From IMG/VR virus record IMGVR_UViG_2563366948_000002, positions 1 through 20,196 of that record: 20,196 bases of DNA; one strand, written 5' to 3'. A program made the position numbers and the translations under genes. Under the pieces are notes generated by a model. The model saw only the letters and a program-made list of their open reading frames with translations. It was not told the DNA's origin and did not search any database. Positions 7,732-17,421 of this stretch are shown here, piece by piece. How positions within the stretch are numbered: the first letter of the stretch is position 1; the number at the start of each line of letters is the position of its first letter. This DNA comes from a virus (taxonomy: Duplodnaviria > Heunggongvirae > Uroviricota > Caudoviricetes).

Positions 7732-8769
7732 TCATTCAATACCTAAATTATAATCTTCAAAACGCATGACTTCTTCTCCAAGCCAGTCGTTCAATTCCTG
7801 AAGGCGCTTCTGCAGAGGTATCAACTCGTTGCGAACAAAGACGCGGCTGGCTTTCTCCACATCCCCAAACCCCCCAACATTACTCGGCATAATCCCCATC
7901 ATTTGCGGCGGCACACGATGTGCTGCCATCATGTCATCCCGACTCACGTTCTTGATATTCAAAAACTCATCCTTCGCTGCGACCTCTGACAACGGGATAA
8001 TCTGAAGTCCGTCCTTTTTGCCGTTAGGCGAGTACATAAACAGATTGCGGAAGTTGCCAGGGCCTTTGGCGCTTTTCATTGCGTTGCGGAGGTTGTTCAC
8101 ATCTTCCTGGTTCTGCGCGGCATCGGTCATATACATGATGAAGCCTGCATGGCTACCGTTAATGTAATACTTGCGGCGGAACAGCGTGGCGGACTCGTTG
8201 AGCAGGGCTGACGGAATGGCAGAAAGATAACCGGGCAGGCCGTAGATCTCCTGGTTGATGTCCGGTTCCATCAGATGAAAAATGCTGCCTTTCGTGAACT
8301 GATACGGCAGGGTTGTCATACCGTATTGCACAAACCAGTAGGTATCCAGGTCTAATCCGCGTCGGGTGTATTTTGCAAGCGCAGGCTCAAGAGCGATAAC
8401 TTCACCGAATCGGTTCGTGCGTTTCTCCAGGTAGGCGTTACCAAATACCAGATAGTCCTGCACAAAACGCGAAAAAGCCTGCTGGCTGAGCAGCGGATGA
8501 GGGATATAGGTACTGGTCAGAATGTTGCACTTTACTGCAATCGGGGAACTGTGATGCACGGCGGCGCGGAAGGTGCGCGCCAGTCCGTCAAAGCTGACGG
8601 GCGGCTCATACCAACGGTCCATCTGTACGCATTCCACATAATCCAGCAGTTCTCGGCGGTCCAGAACAGGAACGGGATCGCCGAAGCTGAATGCTTCGGC
8701 TGTAGTTTGACTTTTAAGCTGGATCTGTTTCGTCGCCGCAGCGCGGTTCTTCTTACTCTTTCCCATCAA
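7732..8769 (-). CDS. Q: Portal protein, P2 gpQ family
   Basis: 345 aa (P2 gpQ recalled as about 344 aa); start overlaps the P stop (ATGA) as in P2; translation typical of gpQ portal. Confidence 0.9.
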   Translation of the reverse strand: MMGKSKKNRAAATKQIQLKSQTTAEAFSFGDPVPVLDRRELLDYVECVQMDRWYEPPVSFDGLARTFRAAVHHSSPIAVKCNILTSTYIPHPLLSQQAFSRFVQDYLVFGNAYLEKRTNRFGEVIALEPALAKYTRRGLDLDTYWFVQYGMTTLPYQFTKGSIFHLMEPDINQEIYGLPGYLSAIPSALLNESATLFRRKYYINGSHAGFIMYMTDAAQNQEDVNNLRNAMKSAKGPGNFRNLFMYSPNGKKDGLQIIPLSEVAAKDEFLNIKNVSRDDMMAAHRVPPQMMGIMPSNVGGFGDVEKASRVFVRNELIPLQKRLQELNDWLGEEVMRFEDYNLGIE

Positions 8770-10532
8770 AAAATCTCCACAATATTGCTGGTATTGGCGG
8801 ATTCGCCCTGCAGCGGTTCGTTAAACAGTGCGTGCATCGTTGCCCAGGCCAGATCGGCGTGGCTGGCTTCTTCGCTGCGGCTGGCTTCATAGGTCGGGCG
8901 GTTGCCACTGGCGGTGGTGGCGCGACGGATTGCCATAAAGGACTGCGCTATGTCGGTGTGTCCGGCGTCAAACTCCAGACGGCGGTGGCTGATAATGTCG
9001 TAGGCCTTGAGTACCAGGGCGTTTTTAACGTTGGGGTTGTAGACAAACTCCCGGACGGCAGGAAAAAACGCTTTCACGTTCTCGTAAACCCCGTGACCAA
9101 CGCCGGTTGAGTCGATACCGATATAGGTCACGTTGTACTGTTCGGTCAGTTTTTTGATGGCGTCAGCCTGGGCGCGGAAGTCCATTCCGCGCCACTGGTG
9201 ACGCTCAAGAATGCGGAACTTACCGCCCGGCACGGCTGGCGGCGCCACCACCACGCATCCGGCGCTGTCGCCGTTCTGCGTACCTTTCGCCGGGTCATAT
9301 CCGATCCACACTTCGCGCCAGCCAAACGGGCGCAGGGCCAGTGCATGAAAGTCGGTCCAGACTTCCCAACTGTCCACCATGCACGCCTGCAGCTCGCTGA
9401 GTGGGAACACGGACGCGAGATCGTCCACGAACTCACACATCAGCAGGTTCTGGTATTCGTCCGGGCTGTACTCCATGCGCAACTGGTCGAGGTCGAACAG
9501 GTTACAGCCGCCGCGCACCGCATCTTCCACAGTGACTATCTGGCGGTACTGCCCGTCTGCGCACAGCAGGCCGGGGGCCAGATTGCTGTGGGACAGGTCG
9601 ATGTCCACCTTATCGGCTTTGTTGCGCCCTCGGTTGAACAGCGCACCGGACCAGAACGGATAAGCACTGTGTGTCAGGCTGGATGGCGTGGAAAAATAGG
9701 TTTGTCGCCATTTTTTGTGAATAGCCATACCGGAAGCCACTTTGCGCAGCTCCTGGAATTTCGGTATCCAGAAATATTCATCCAGATACAGGTTGCCGTG
9801 GTAACTCTGGGCCGTGCGGGCATTGGTGCCGAGGAAGTACAGCGTGGCCCCGTTAGGAAGCACCATCGGATCGCCTTTCAGCTCCACCTCCACTTCTTTG
9901 GCGAAGTCGATGATGTACTGCTTAAAGACGTGGGCCTGAGCCTTGCTGGCGGAAAGGAAAATCTGGTTACGCCCGGTTAGCAGGGCGTCAATCAGGGCTT
10001 CACGGGCAAAATAGAAGGTCGCGCCGATCTGGCGTGATTTCAGCAGGTTGCGGATGCGGTTGGTTTTTCCGGCTTCCCACCAGTGGCGCTGGTAGTTGAA
10101 CATGGAGGAATGGAAGATTTCTTCCAACTTCTCAATCTGTTCATCGGTGAAAACGTTCTTTTCCAGCTGACGGCGCGGGCCTTTGTTGCGGTTGGCGACG
10201 TTAGGGTTTAAGTCGGCTTCGTTGCCGCCATTGTTAAACTTGCCGATCCGCGCATGGCGCTCCGACTGGCGCGCCAGCAGGTCAATCTCTTTGAAATCTT
10301 TCCCTTCTTTGTGCTCCTTCATAATGAGCTGGCAGTAGCGTGCGGCGGTGGTGAGCTGCATCTGATCCAGCGGCCCATAGTCACCCCACTTGTCGCGTTT
10401 TTTCCAGCTGTGAACGGTTGCAACTTTCTCGCCCAGCATTTCAGCAATGCGGGCTACGCGGTATCCCTGAAAGTACAGCAGCATGGCCTGCCGACGGGGA
10501 TCGAGATCTGCGGGTGTCAGTGTGGTGTTCAT
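8766..10532 (-). CDS. P: Terminase large (ATPase) subunit, P2 gpP family
   Basis: 588 aa (P2 gpP recalled as about 590 aa); translation matches gpP family by recall; divergent from O as in P2. Confidence 0.9.
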   Translation of the reverse strand: MNTTLTPADLDPRRQAMLLYFQGYRVARIAEMLGEKVATVHSWKKRDKWGDYGPLDQMQLTTAARYCQLIMKEHKEGKDFKEIDLLARQSERHARIGKFNNGGNEADLNPNVANRNKGPRRQLEKNVFTDEQIEKLEEIFHSSMFNYQRHWWEAGKTNRIRNLLKSRQIGATFYFAREALIDALLTGRNQIFLSASKAQAHVFKQYIIDFAKEVEVELKGDPMVLPNGATLYFLGTNARTAQSYHGNLYLDEYFWIPKFQELRKVASGMAIHKKWRQTYFSTPSSLTHSAYPFWSGALFNRGRNKADKVDIDLSHSNLAPGLLCADGQYRQIVTVEDAVRGGCNLFDLDQLRMEYSPDEYQNLLMCEFVDDLASVFPLSELQACMVDSWEVWTDFHALALRPFGWREVWIGYDPAKGTQNGDSAGCVVVAPPAVPGGKFRILERHQWRGMDFRAQADAIKKLTEQYNVTYIGIDSTGVGHGVYENVKAFFPAVREFVYNPNVKNALVLKAYDIISHRRLEFDAGHTDIAQSFMAIRRATTASGNRPTYEASRSEEASHADLAWATMHALFNEPLQGESANTSNIVEIF

Positions 10533-10578
10533 GGCACAAACCTACAGCCTTGAATGAAGGCTTTCCCCGCCTGCGGTT

Positions 10579-10596
10579 TGTGTGGTTGTCGGTACA
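10579..10596. promoter_or_regulatory. Candidate Ogr-type late-activator binding site (TGT-N12-ACA)
   Basis: TGTgtggttgtcggtACA in the P/O divergent intergenic region, centred about 87 nt upstream of the O start codon. Confidence 0.35.
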
Positions 10597-10674
10597 AATA
10601 CCGCGCATTGTTTCACTGCCCCCATCACCGCAACCATAAGGCTCCAGTAAGTTTTTTCTAACGGAGCACGGCTC

Positions 10675-11367
10675 ATGACAGTGAAAGCAAAGCGTTTTCG
10701 CATCGGGGTGGAAGGTGCCACCACCGACGGACGCGAAATCCAGCGTGAATGGCTGGAACAGATGGCAGCCAGCTATAACCCGGCGGTGTATACCGCGCTG
10801 ATTAACCTTGAGCACATCAAGTCTTATCTGCCGGACAGCACCTTTAACCGCTACGGCAAGGTGACGGCGCTGTTTGCTGAAGAAATCACGGAAGGTCCGC
10901 TGGCAGGCAAGATGGCGCTGTATGCTGACGTTGAGCCAACGGAGTCCCTGGTGGAACTGGTGAAAAAAGGCCAGAAATTATTCACCTCTATGGAAGTCAG
11001 CCCGAAGTTCGCTGATACGGGCAAAGCCTACCTGGTCGGCCTGGCTGCCACTGATGACCCTGCCAGTCTGGGCACTGAAATGCTGACATTCAGCGCCAGT
11101 GCAGCCCATAAACCGCTTAACCCGTCGCTGGCCCGCGACATTATCGAAGGTATCCGCGCCAAAATGCGCAGCCTGGTCAGTCAGGGCTATCTCATTGGTG
11201 GTGATTGCTGGCTGGATGAGTCGGTGAACGACAAAGACACGCTGAAAGCCGGAAAACTCACCATCGACTACGACTACACGCCAGTGCCGCCACTTGAAAA
11301 CCTGATGCTGCGTCAGCGCATCACCGATCAGTACCTGGTGAATTTCGCCAGCCAGGTCAGCGCGTAA
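10675..11367 (+). pseudogene. Chimeric ORF: N-terminal part of capsid scaffold gpO fused to a C-terminal fragment assigned by synteny to tail sheath FI
   Basis: First about 150 aa resemble gpO (FRIGVEGxTxDGR...NLEH...[17 protein letters not shown]...NPLN). The ORF then ends 10 nt before FII, the position normally held by FI. N, M, L, lysis, baseplate and fibre genes are absent between O and FII. Confidence 0.6.
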
Positions 11368-11376
11368 GGGGACAAC

Positions 11377-11892
11377 ATGGCTTTACCACGCAAATTAAAA
11401 CACCTGAACCTGTTTAACGACGGGAACAACTGGCAGGGGATCGTTGAGTCGCTGACGCTGCCGAAATTTACCCGCAAATATGAGAAGTATCGCGGCGGCG
11501 GGATGCCGGGTGCGGTGGATGTGGATCTGGGGCTTGATGACAGTGCGCTGGACACAGAATTTTCCATTGGTGGTACTGAATTGCTGCTGTTTAAACAGAT
11601 GGGTAAAGCCACGGTGGATGGCATCCAGCTGCGCTTTACCGGCTCTATTCAGCGTGACGATACCGGGGAAGTGCAGGCCGTGGAGCTTGTCGTGCGTGGA
11701 CGTCACAAAGAAGTGGATTCCGGCGAGTGGAAGACGGGCGAAAGCAACACCACCAAAGTGACCAGTACCAACAGCTACGCGAAGCTGACCATCAATGGTG
11801 AGGTGCTCTATGAAGTGGACCTTATCAACATGGTGGAAATTGTGGACGGTGTGGACCTGATGGAAGCGCACCGCAACGCCCTCGGCCTCTGA
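11377..11892 (+). CDS. FII: Tail tube protein, P2 gpFII family
   Basis: MALPRKLKHLNLFNDGNNW...NMVEIVDGVDLMEAHRNALGL matches recalled P2 FII almost end to end; 171 aa. Confidence 0.9.
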   Translation: MALPRKLKHLNLFNDGNNWQGIVESLTLPKFTRKYEKYRGGGMPGAVDVDLGLDDSALDTEFSIGGTELLLFKQMGKATVDGIQLRFTGSIQRDDTGEVQAVELVVRGRHKEVDSGEWKTGESNTTKVTSTNSYAKLTINGEVLYEVDLINMVEIVDGVDLMEAHRNALGL

Positions 11893-11946
11893 TATATCTG
11901 AACGGCGCGGGATACCGCGCCAGAACCCAATTGACAGGACAGCAAA

Positions 11947-12249
11947 ATGAGCGATAAGCAGACTGAAAAGACCATTCAACTGGATACCCCCATCAAGCGC
12001 GGTAAAACAGAAATCACCGAAATTGTGCTGCGTAAACCGCAGTCCGGTGCGCTGCGCGGTACACGCCTGCAGGCCATTATGGATATGGATGTAAACGCGA
12101 TGATGACCGTGATCCCCCGCATCTCCAGTCCGGCACTGACTGCACAGGAAATTGCAGAGATGGACCCGGCAGATCTCACTGCCATGTCGGTTGAGGTTGT
12201 CACTTTTTTGTTGAAGAAGTCGGTGCTTGCCGGTTTACCGACAGCCTGA
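11947..12249 (+). CDS. E: Tail assembly chaperone gpE
   Basis: Small ORF between FII and T, as in P2; contains slippery heptamer TTTTTTG near its 3' end. Confidence 0.8.
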   Translation: MSDKQTEKTIQLDTPIKRGKTEITEIVLRKPQSGALRGTRLQAIMDMDVNAMMTVIPRISSPALTAQEIAEMDPADLTAMSVEVVTFLLKKSVLAGLPTA

Positions 12250-12383
12250 CGGTTGACGATCTTGTGGCAGATATCGCCACCATTTTTCACTGGCCGCCAT
12301 CCGTTACTGACGTTATGCCGCTGACCGAAGTGCTGGAATGGCGGTATAAAGCGATTCAGAGAAGCGGGGCCAACGATGAGTGA
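11947..12383 (+). CDS. gpE+E' product of a programmed -1 translational frameshift
   Basis: Slippery T_TTT_TTG at 12204-12210 in the E frame; the -1 frame stays open from 12210 to TGA at 12381-12383, overlapping the T start (12376). Confidence 0.55.
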
Positions 12384-15300
12384 TAACAACCTGCGTCTGC
12401 AGGTCATTCTTAATGCGGTTGACAAGCTCACCCGCCCATTTCGATCTGCGCAGGCCAGTTCAAGAGAACTGGCTGCTGCTGTCAAAAAATCCCGCGATGC
12501 AATAAAGCAGCTTGATCAGGCCGGGAGCAGTCTGGACAGCTTCCGAAAGCTGCAGGCAGAAAATCAGAAATTAGGCGACAGGCTGAACTATGCCCGCCAG
12601 CGTGCAAATTTGCTCAGTCAGGAACTGGGAGCGATGGGGCCGCCTTCGCAACGTCAGGTTGTTGCTCTGGGCCGTCAACGGCTGGCTGTTCAGCGCCTGG
12701 AAGAACGCCAGAAAAAGCTGCAGCAGCAGACGGCGCTTGTGCGTGCTGAACTGTACCGGGCGGGAATTTCTGCGAAAGACGATGCGGGAGCAACTGCCCG
12801 TTTAGCCCGTGAAACATCACGTTATAACCAGGAACTTTCGAAACAGGAGGCGCGGCTGAAGCGACTGGGGGAAGCTCAGCGCAGGATGAATGCAGCGCGT
12901 GCCAGTTATGCCCGTTCGCTGGAGGTGCGTGATCGTATTGCAGGTGCCGGAGCCACCACCACGGCTGCAGGGCTGGCAATGGGTGCGCCAGTGATGGCGG
13001 CAGTAAAAAGCTATACCAGCATGGAAGATGCCATGAAAGGTGTGGCAAAGCAGGTCAATGGTCTGCGTGACGATAATGGCAACCGCACTGCACGTTTTTA
13101 TGAAATGCAGGATGCCATCAAGGCTGCCAGCGAACAGTTGCCGATGGAAAACGGTGCGGTGGACTTCGCTGCACTGGTTGAAGGTGGTGCGCGCATGAAC
13201 GTCGCAAACCCTGACGACAGCTGGGAAGATCAGAAACGTGACCTGCTGGCCTTCGCCAGTACGGCAGCAAAGGCGGCAACAGCCTTTGAGCTGCCAGCGG
13301 ATGAACTGTCAGAAAGTCTGGGGAAAATCGCCCAGCTCTACAAAATCCCCACCCGCAATATTGAACAGCTCGGTGATGCGCTGAACTATCTGGATGATAA
13401 CGCCATGTCGAAAGGGGCAGACATCATTGATGTGATGCAACGTCTGGGCGGTGTGGCTGACCGTCTGGATTATCGTAAAGCGGCGGCGCTGGGTTCCACC
13501 TTCCTGACACTGGGCGCTGCGCCAGAGGTTGCAGCCAGTGCAGCAAACGCGATGGTGCGTGAATTGTCCATTGCCACCATGCAAAGCAAGAGTTTCTTTG
13601 AAGGGATGAATCTGCTGAAACTCAATCCTGAAGTGATTGAAAAGCAGATGACGAAGGATGCGATGGGAACCATCCAGCGCGTGCTGGAGAAGGTAAACGC
13701 GCTGCCGCAGGACAAGCGCCTGTCTGCCATGACTATGTTGTTTGGTAAAGAGTTTGGCGATGACGCGGCGAAACTGGCAAACAACCTGCCGGAACTGCAG
13801 CGTCAGTTAAAACTGACAGCGGGCAATGATGCGCTCGGCTCCATGCAGAAAGAATCCGACATTAACAAGGATTCACTTTCTGCGCAGTGGTTGCTGGTCA
13901 AAACCGGAGCGCAGAACACCTTCAGCAGCCTGGGCGAAACGCTGCGCCAGCCGCTGATGGATATTCTGTACACGGTGAAAAGCGTCACGGGGGCGTTGCG
14001 TCGCTGGGTGGAAGCTAACCCGGAACTGACAGGCACACTGATGAAAGCATCGGCTGTTGTGGCTGCGGTTACCGTCGGCCTCGGCACCTTAGCGGTGGCG
14101 CTGGCTGCAGTGCTGGGGCCGCTGGCAGTGATCCGTCTGGGATTCTCTGTGTTGGGTATCAAAACGTTATCTTCCGTTACGGCAGCAGTAACTCGAACCA
14201 GCAGCGCGTTGTCCTGGCTGGCTGGCGCACCACTGGCACTGCTGCGACGCGGGCTTGCTTCATCGGGCAACGCCGCAGGTTTACTTACTGCGCCGTTGTC
14301 GTCTTTGCGCCGCACGGCATCACTGACGGGAAATGTCCTGAAAACTGTAGCAGGTGCGCCGGTTGCACTTTTGCGGTCTGGATTATCCGGTTTACGTGCT
14401 GTTGCTGTGATGTTTATGAATCCTCTGGCGGTACTGCGCGGTGGACTGGCCGCCGCAGGCACGGTGCTGCGAGTACTGGCATCTGGTCCACTGGCGATGC
14501 TGCGCATTGCCCTGTATGCCATATCTGGTCTGTTAGGTGCTCTGCTCAGTCCGATAGGTCTTGTGGTTACTGCACTGGCGGGCGTGGCGCTGGTTGTCTG
14601 GAAATACTGGCAACCCATCACCGCATTTCTCGGTGGCGTGGTGGAAGGATTCAAAGCGGCGGCAGGTCCCATCAGTGCAGCGTTCGAACCGCTTAAGCCC
14701 GTGTTCCAGTGGATTGGCGACAAAGTGCAGGCGCTGTGGGGCTGGTTTACTGATCTGCTGACGCCCGTTAAGTCGACCTCTGCCGAACTGCAGAGCGCAG
14801 CGGCAATGGGGCGGCGATTCGGGGAGGCACTGGCGGAAGGGCTGAATATGGTCATGCATCCGCTGGACTCCCTGAAATCCGGCGTTTCCTGGTTGCTGGA
14901 GAAGCTCGGCATTGTCAGTAAAGAGGCCGCAAAGGCAAAACTGCCGGAAAGCGTGACGCGTCAGCAACCTGCGACGGTGAATGCAGACGGTAAAGTGATG
15001 ATGCCATCGGGTGGTTTTCCATCATGGGGATATGGCTTTGCGGGGATGTATGACAGCGGCGGGTATATCCCGCGCGGGCAGTTTGGCATCGTCGGTGAAA
15101 ACGGGCCGGAAATTGTTAACGGCCCGGCAAATGTGACCAGCCGGAGAAATACAGCTGCACTGGCTGCCGTTGTTGCCGGAATGATGGGCGTTGCTGCCGC
15201 GCCAGCAGAGCTTCCACCGTTGCACCCTTTGGCACTTCCCGCGAAAGGTGGAGAAGCAATTGTGAGTCGCGCAGCCACTGTGCCGCTCGTTCAACGGATT

Positions 15301-15453
15301 GAGGCACCGACGCAGATCATCATTCAGACGCAGCCAGGACAAAGTGCGCAGGATATTGCGCGGGAGGTGGCACGCCAGCTTGATGAACGTGAACGCAGGC
15401 TGAAGGCAAAAGCCAGGAGTAACTACAGCGATCAGGGGGGATACGACGCATGA
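12376..15453 (+). CDS. T: Tail tape measure protein, P2 gpT family
   Basis: 1025-aa Ala/Leu/Gln-rich protein with coiled-coil-like N-terminal half and repeated hydrophobic PLAxLR segments; sits between E/E' and U. Confidence 0.9.
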   Translation: MSDNNLRLQVILNAVDKLTRPFRSAQASSRELAAAVKKSRDAIKQLDQAGSSLDSFRKLQAENQKLGDRLNYARQRANLLSQELGAMGPPSQRQVVALGRQRLAVQRLEERQKKLQQQTALVRAELYRAGISAKDDAGATARLARETSRYNQELSKQEARLKRLGEAQRRMNAARASYARSLEVRDRIAGAGATTTAAGLAMGAPVMAAVKSYTSMEDAMKGVAKQVNGLRDDNGNRTARFYEMQDAIKAASEQLPMENGAVDFAALVEGGARMNVANPDDSWEDQKRDLLAFASTAAKAATAFELPADELSESLGKIAQLYKIPTRNIEQLGDALNYLDDNAMSKGADIIDVMQRLGGVADRLDYRKAAALGSTFLTLGAAPEVAASAANAMVRELSIATMQSKSFFEGMNLLKLNPEVIEKQMTKDAMGTIQRVLEKVNALPQDKRLSAMTMLFGKEFGDDAAKLANNLPELQRQLKLTAGNDALGSMQKESDINKDSLSAQWLLVKTGAQNTFSSLGETLRQPLMDILYTVKSVTGALRRWVEANPELTGTLMKASAVVAAVTVGLGTLAVALAAVLGPLAVIRLGFSVLGIKTLSSVTAAVTRTSSALSWLAGAPLALLRRGLASSGNAAGLLTAPLSSLRRTASLTGNVLKTVAGAPVALLRSGLSGLRAVAVMFMNPLAVLRGGLAAAGTVLRVLASGPLAMLRIALYAISGLLGALLSPIGLVVTALAGVALVVWKYWQPITAFLGGVVEGFKAAAGPISAAFEPLKPVFQWIGDKVQALWGWFTDLLTPVKSTSAELQSAAAMGRRFGEALAEGLNMVMHPLDSLKSGVSWLLEKLGIVSKEAAKAKLPESVTRQQPATVNADGKVMMPSGGFPSWGYGFAGMYDSGGYIPRGQFGIVGENGPEIVNGPANVTSRRNTAALAAVVAGMMGVAAAPAELPPLHPLALPAKGGEAIVSRAATVPLVQRIEAPTQIIIQTQPGQSAQDIAREVARQLDERERRLKAKARSNYSDQGGYDA

Positions 15454-15935
15454 TGATGGTGCTGGGATTGTACGTGTTTATGCTGCGCACCGTTCCGTAT
15501 CAGGAACTGCAGTATCAACGCAGCTGGCGACATGCGGCAAACAGTCGGGTAAACCGACGTCCGTCCACGCAGTTTCTGGGACCGGAAAACGACATGCTGA
15601 CGCTTTCCGGTGTTCTTATGCCGGAAATAACAGGCGGCAGGCTGTCGTTGCTGGCACTGGAGCAGATGGCAGAACAGGGGAAAGCATGGCCCCTGATTGA
15701 AGGCAGCGGCACGATTTACGGCATGTATGTGATTGAGGGACTGAATCAGACTAAAACGGAGTTTTTCCGCGATGGTATGCCGCGCCGGATTGAGTTCACC
15801 CTGTCGCTCAAACGGGTGGATGAATCCCTGTCCGATATGTTCGGTGATCTCAGTGCGCAGCTGAATAATTTGCAGGATACGACAACGTCTGCCTTAAGCG
15901 ATATCAGTAAAACGGTGGGAGGGCTGCTGTCGTGA
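15450..15935 (+). CDS. U: Tail protein gpU
   Basis: MMMVLGLYVFM...GVLMPEITGG...AWPLIEG...GMYVI...TLSLKRVDESL matches recalled P2 gpU; overlaps the T stop. Confidence 0.9.
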   Translation: MMMVLGLYVFMLRTVPYQELQYQRSWRHAANSRVNRRPSTQFLGPENDMLTLSGVLMPEITGGRLSLLALEQMAEQGKAWPLIEGSGTIYGMYVIEGLNQTKTEFFRDGMPRRIEFTLSLKRVDESLSDMFGDLSAQLNNLQDTTTSALSDISKTVGGLLS

Positions 15936-17032
15936 ATTTCAGCTCTGAACTGCTTAACAAAGGCAACAAAACTCCGGCATTCAGCATCAGTATTGAGGGT
16001 AAGGATATCACCACTGTGCTGGATAACCGCCTGATGAGTCTGACGCTGACGGACAATCGGGGCTTTGAAGCGGACCAGCTTGATCTGGAGCTGGACGACG
16101 CCGACGGAAAAATCGTGCTGCCGCGCCGTGGTGCGGTCATTACGCTGGCGTTGGGCTGGAAGGGGCAGTCGCTTTTCCCGAAAGGAGCATTCACGGTGGA
16201 CGAGATTGAACACACTGGCGCACCGGACCGCCTGACTATCCGGGCGCGAAGTGCTGATTTTCGTGAAACCCTGAATATCCGCCGTGAAAAATCGTGGCAC
16301 AAGACCACCGTTGGGGAAGTGGTGAAGGAAATAGCTGCGCGGCACAAACTGAAGATGGCATTGGGTGAAGACCTGTCGGATAAACCTGTGGAGCATATAG
16401 ACCAGACCAATGAGAGTGACGGCAGTTTTCTGATGCGGCTGGCGCGCCAGTACGGTGCTATTGCGTCGGTGAAAAATGACAATCTGTTATTCATCCGGCA
16501 GGGACAGGGTAAAAGCGCCAGCGGTAAACCACTACCGGTTATCACTATCACACGTAAGGACGGCGACAGTCACCGCTTTATCCTGGCAGATCGCGGAGCC
16601 TACACGGGCGTAATTGCCAGCTGGTTGCATACCCGCGAACCCGCGAAGAAAGAAAGCACCACGGTGAAGCGTAAGCGCAGGACTAAGAAGCAGAAGAAAG
16701 AGCCGGAAGCGAAGCAGGGCGATTACCTGGTGGGTACAGATGAAAACGTGCTGGTACTTAATCGCACCTATGCCAACCGGAGCAACGCCGAACGGGCGGC
16801 GAAAATGCAGTGGGAACGCCTGCAACGTGGCGTTGCGTCATTCTCGCTACAACTGGCAGAAGGTCGGGCGGATCTCTACACGGAAATGCCAGTGAAAGTC
16901 AGAGGCTTTAAACAGCCGATAGATGATGCGGAATGGACTATTACCACCCTGACGCATACTGTCAATCCGGATAACGGTTTTACGACCAGTCTGGAGCTTG
17001 AAGTGAAGATTAATGATTTCGAAATGGAATGA
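15932..17032 (+). CDS. D: Tail protein gpD (late control gene D family)
   Basis: 366 aa, probable GTG start overlapping the U stop (GTGA); last late gene before ogr, as in P2. Confidence 0.85.
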   Translation: MNFSSELLNKGNKTPAFSISIEGKDITTVLDNRLMSLTLTDNRGFEADQLDLELDDADGKIVLPRRGAVITLALGWKGQSLFPKGAFTVDEIEHTGAPDRLTIRARSADFRETLNIRREKSWHKTTVGEVVKEIAARHKLKMALGEDLSDKPVEHIDQTNESDGSFLMRLARQYGAIASVKNDNLLFIRQGQGKSASGKPLPVITITRKDGDSHRFILADRGAYTGVIASWLHTREPAKKESTTVKRKRRTKKQKKEPEAKQGDYLVGTDENVLVLNRTYANRSNAERAAKMQWERLQRGVASFSLQLAEGRADLYTEMPVKVRGFKQPIDDAEWTITTLTHTVNPDNGFTTSLELEVKINDFEME

Positions 17033-17122
17033 TTCTTCGTAATAGAGAACTTTTAAGTTTTCAAAATGGAATAATGCGGTATCATTATTGTGAATTTAGC
17101 AAAAATGGGGAGAGCTCGAAAA

Positions 17123-17341
17123 ATGATGATTTGCCCACTGTGTGGAAGTGCCGCCCATACTCGCAGCAGTTTTCAGGTATCTTCATTGACCAAAGAGCGT
17201 TACAACCAGTGCCAGAACATTAACTGCAGCCATACTTTTGTTACCCATGAAACTTTTGTTCGTTCGATTGCAACGCCAAAAGAGTCAAATCCGGTTCAGC
17301 CGCATCCAATGAAATCAGGACAGGTGGCGCTCTCTCTTTGA
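17123..17341 (+). CDS. ogr: Late gene transcriptional activator Ogr (zinc-finger)
   Basis: MMICPLCGSAAHTRSS...ERYNQCQNINCSHTF...PHPMKSGQ: C-x2-C-x22-C-x4-C zinc finger; 72 aa from ATG 17123 with GGGGAGAG SD (ORF track starts further upstream at 17090). Confidence 0.85.
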   Translation: MMICPLCGSAAHTRSSFQVSSLTKERYNQCQNINCSHTFVTHETFVRSIATPKESNPVQPHPMKSGQVALSL

Positions 17342-17421
17342 CTCTGCCGCCAATTTGTCGCCATCGTTAAAAAACAGTGCTTCTAACATCATGATTTTAA
17401 ACGGCATAAATTTCAGGCAAC

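Noticed and set aside
11904-11921. GC-rich hairpin (GGCGCGG-gata-CCGCGCC) between FII and E
   Set aside because: Perfect 7-bp stem, but no T-tract follows on either strand, so not called an intrinsic terminator; may be an RNA structure or attenuator, unsupported.
13803-14912. 369-aa ORF antisense to the tape measure gene; similar long antisense ORFs at 15746-16396, 15904-16551, 11395-11979 and 9198-9980
   Set aside because: They lie entirely inside well-supported P2-family genes on the opposite strand or in another frame, are low-complexity (Ala/Ser/Pro/Arg-rich), and are typical open-frame artefacts of GC-rich coding DNA.
17029-17223. 64-aa ORF and upstream extension overlapping the ogr start
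   Set aside because: Different frame from the zinc-finger protein with no RBS; the Ogr-family protein starts at 17123 (MMICPLC) with a good SD.
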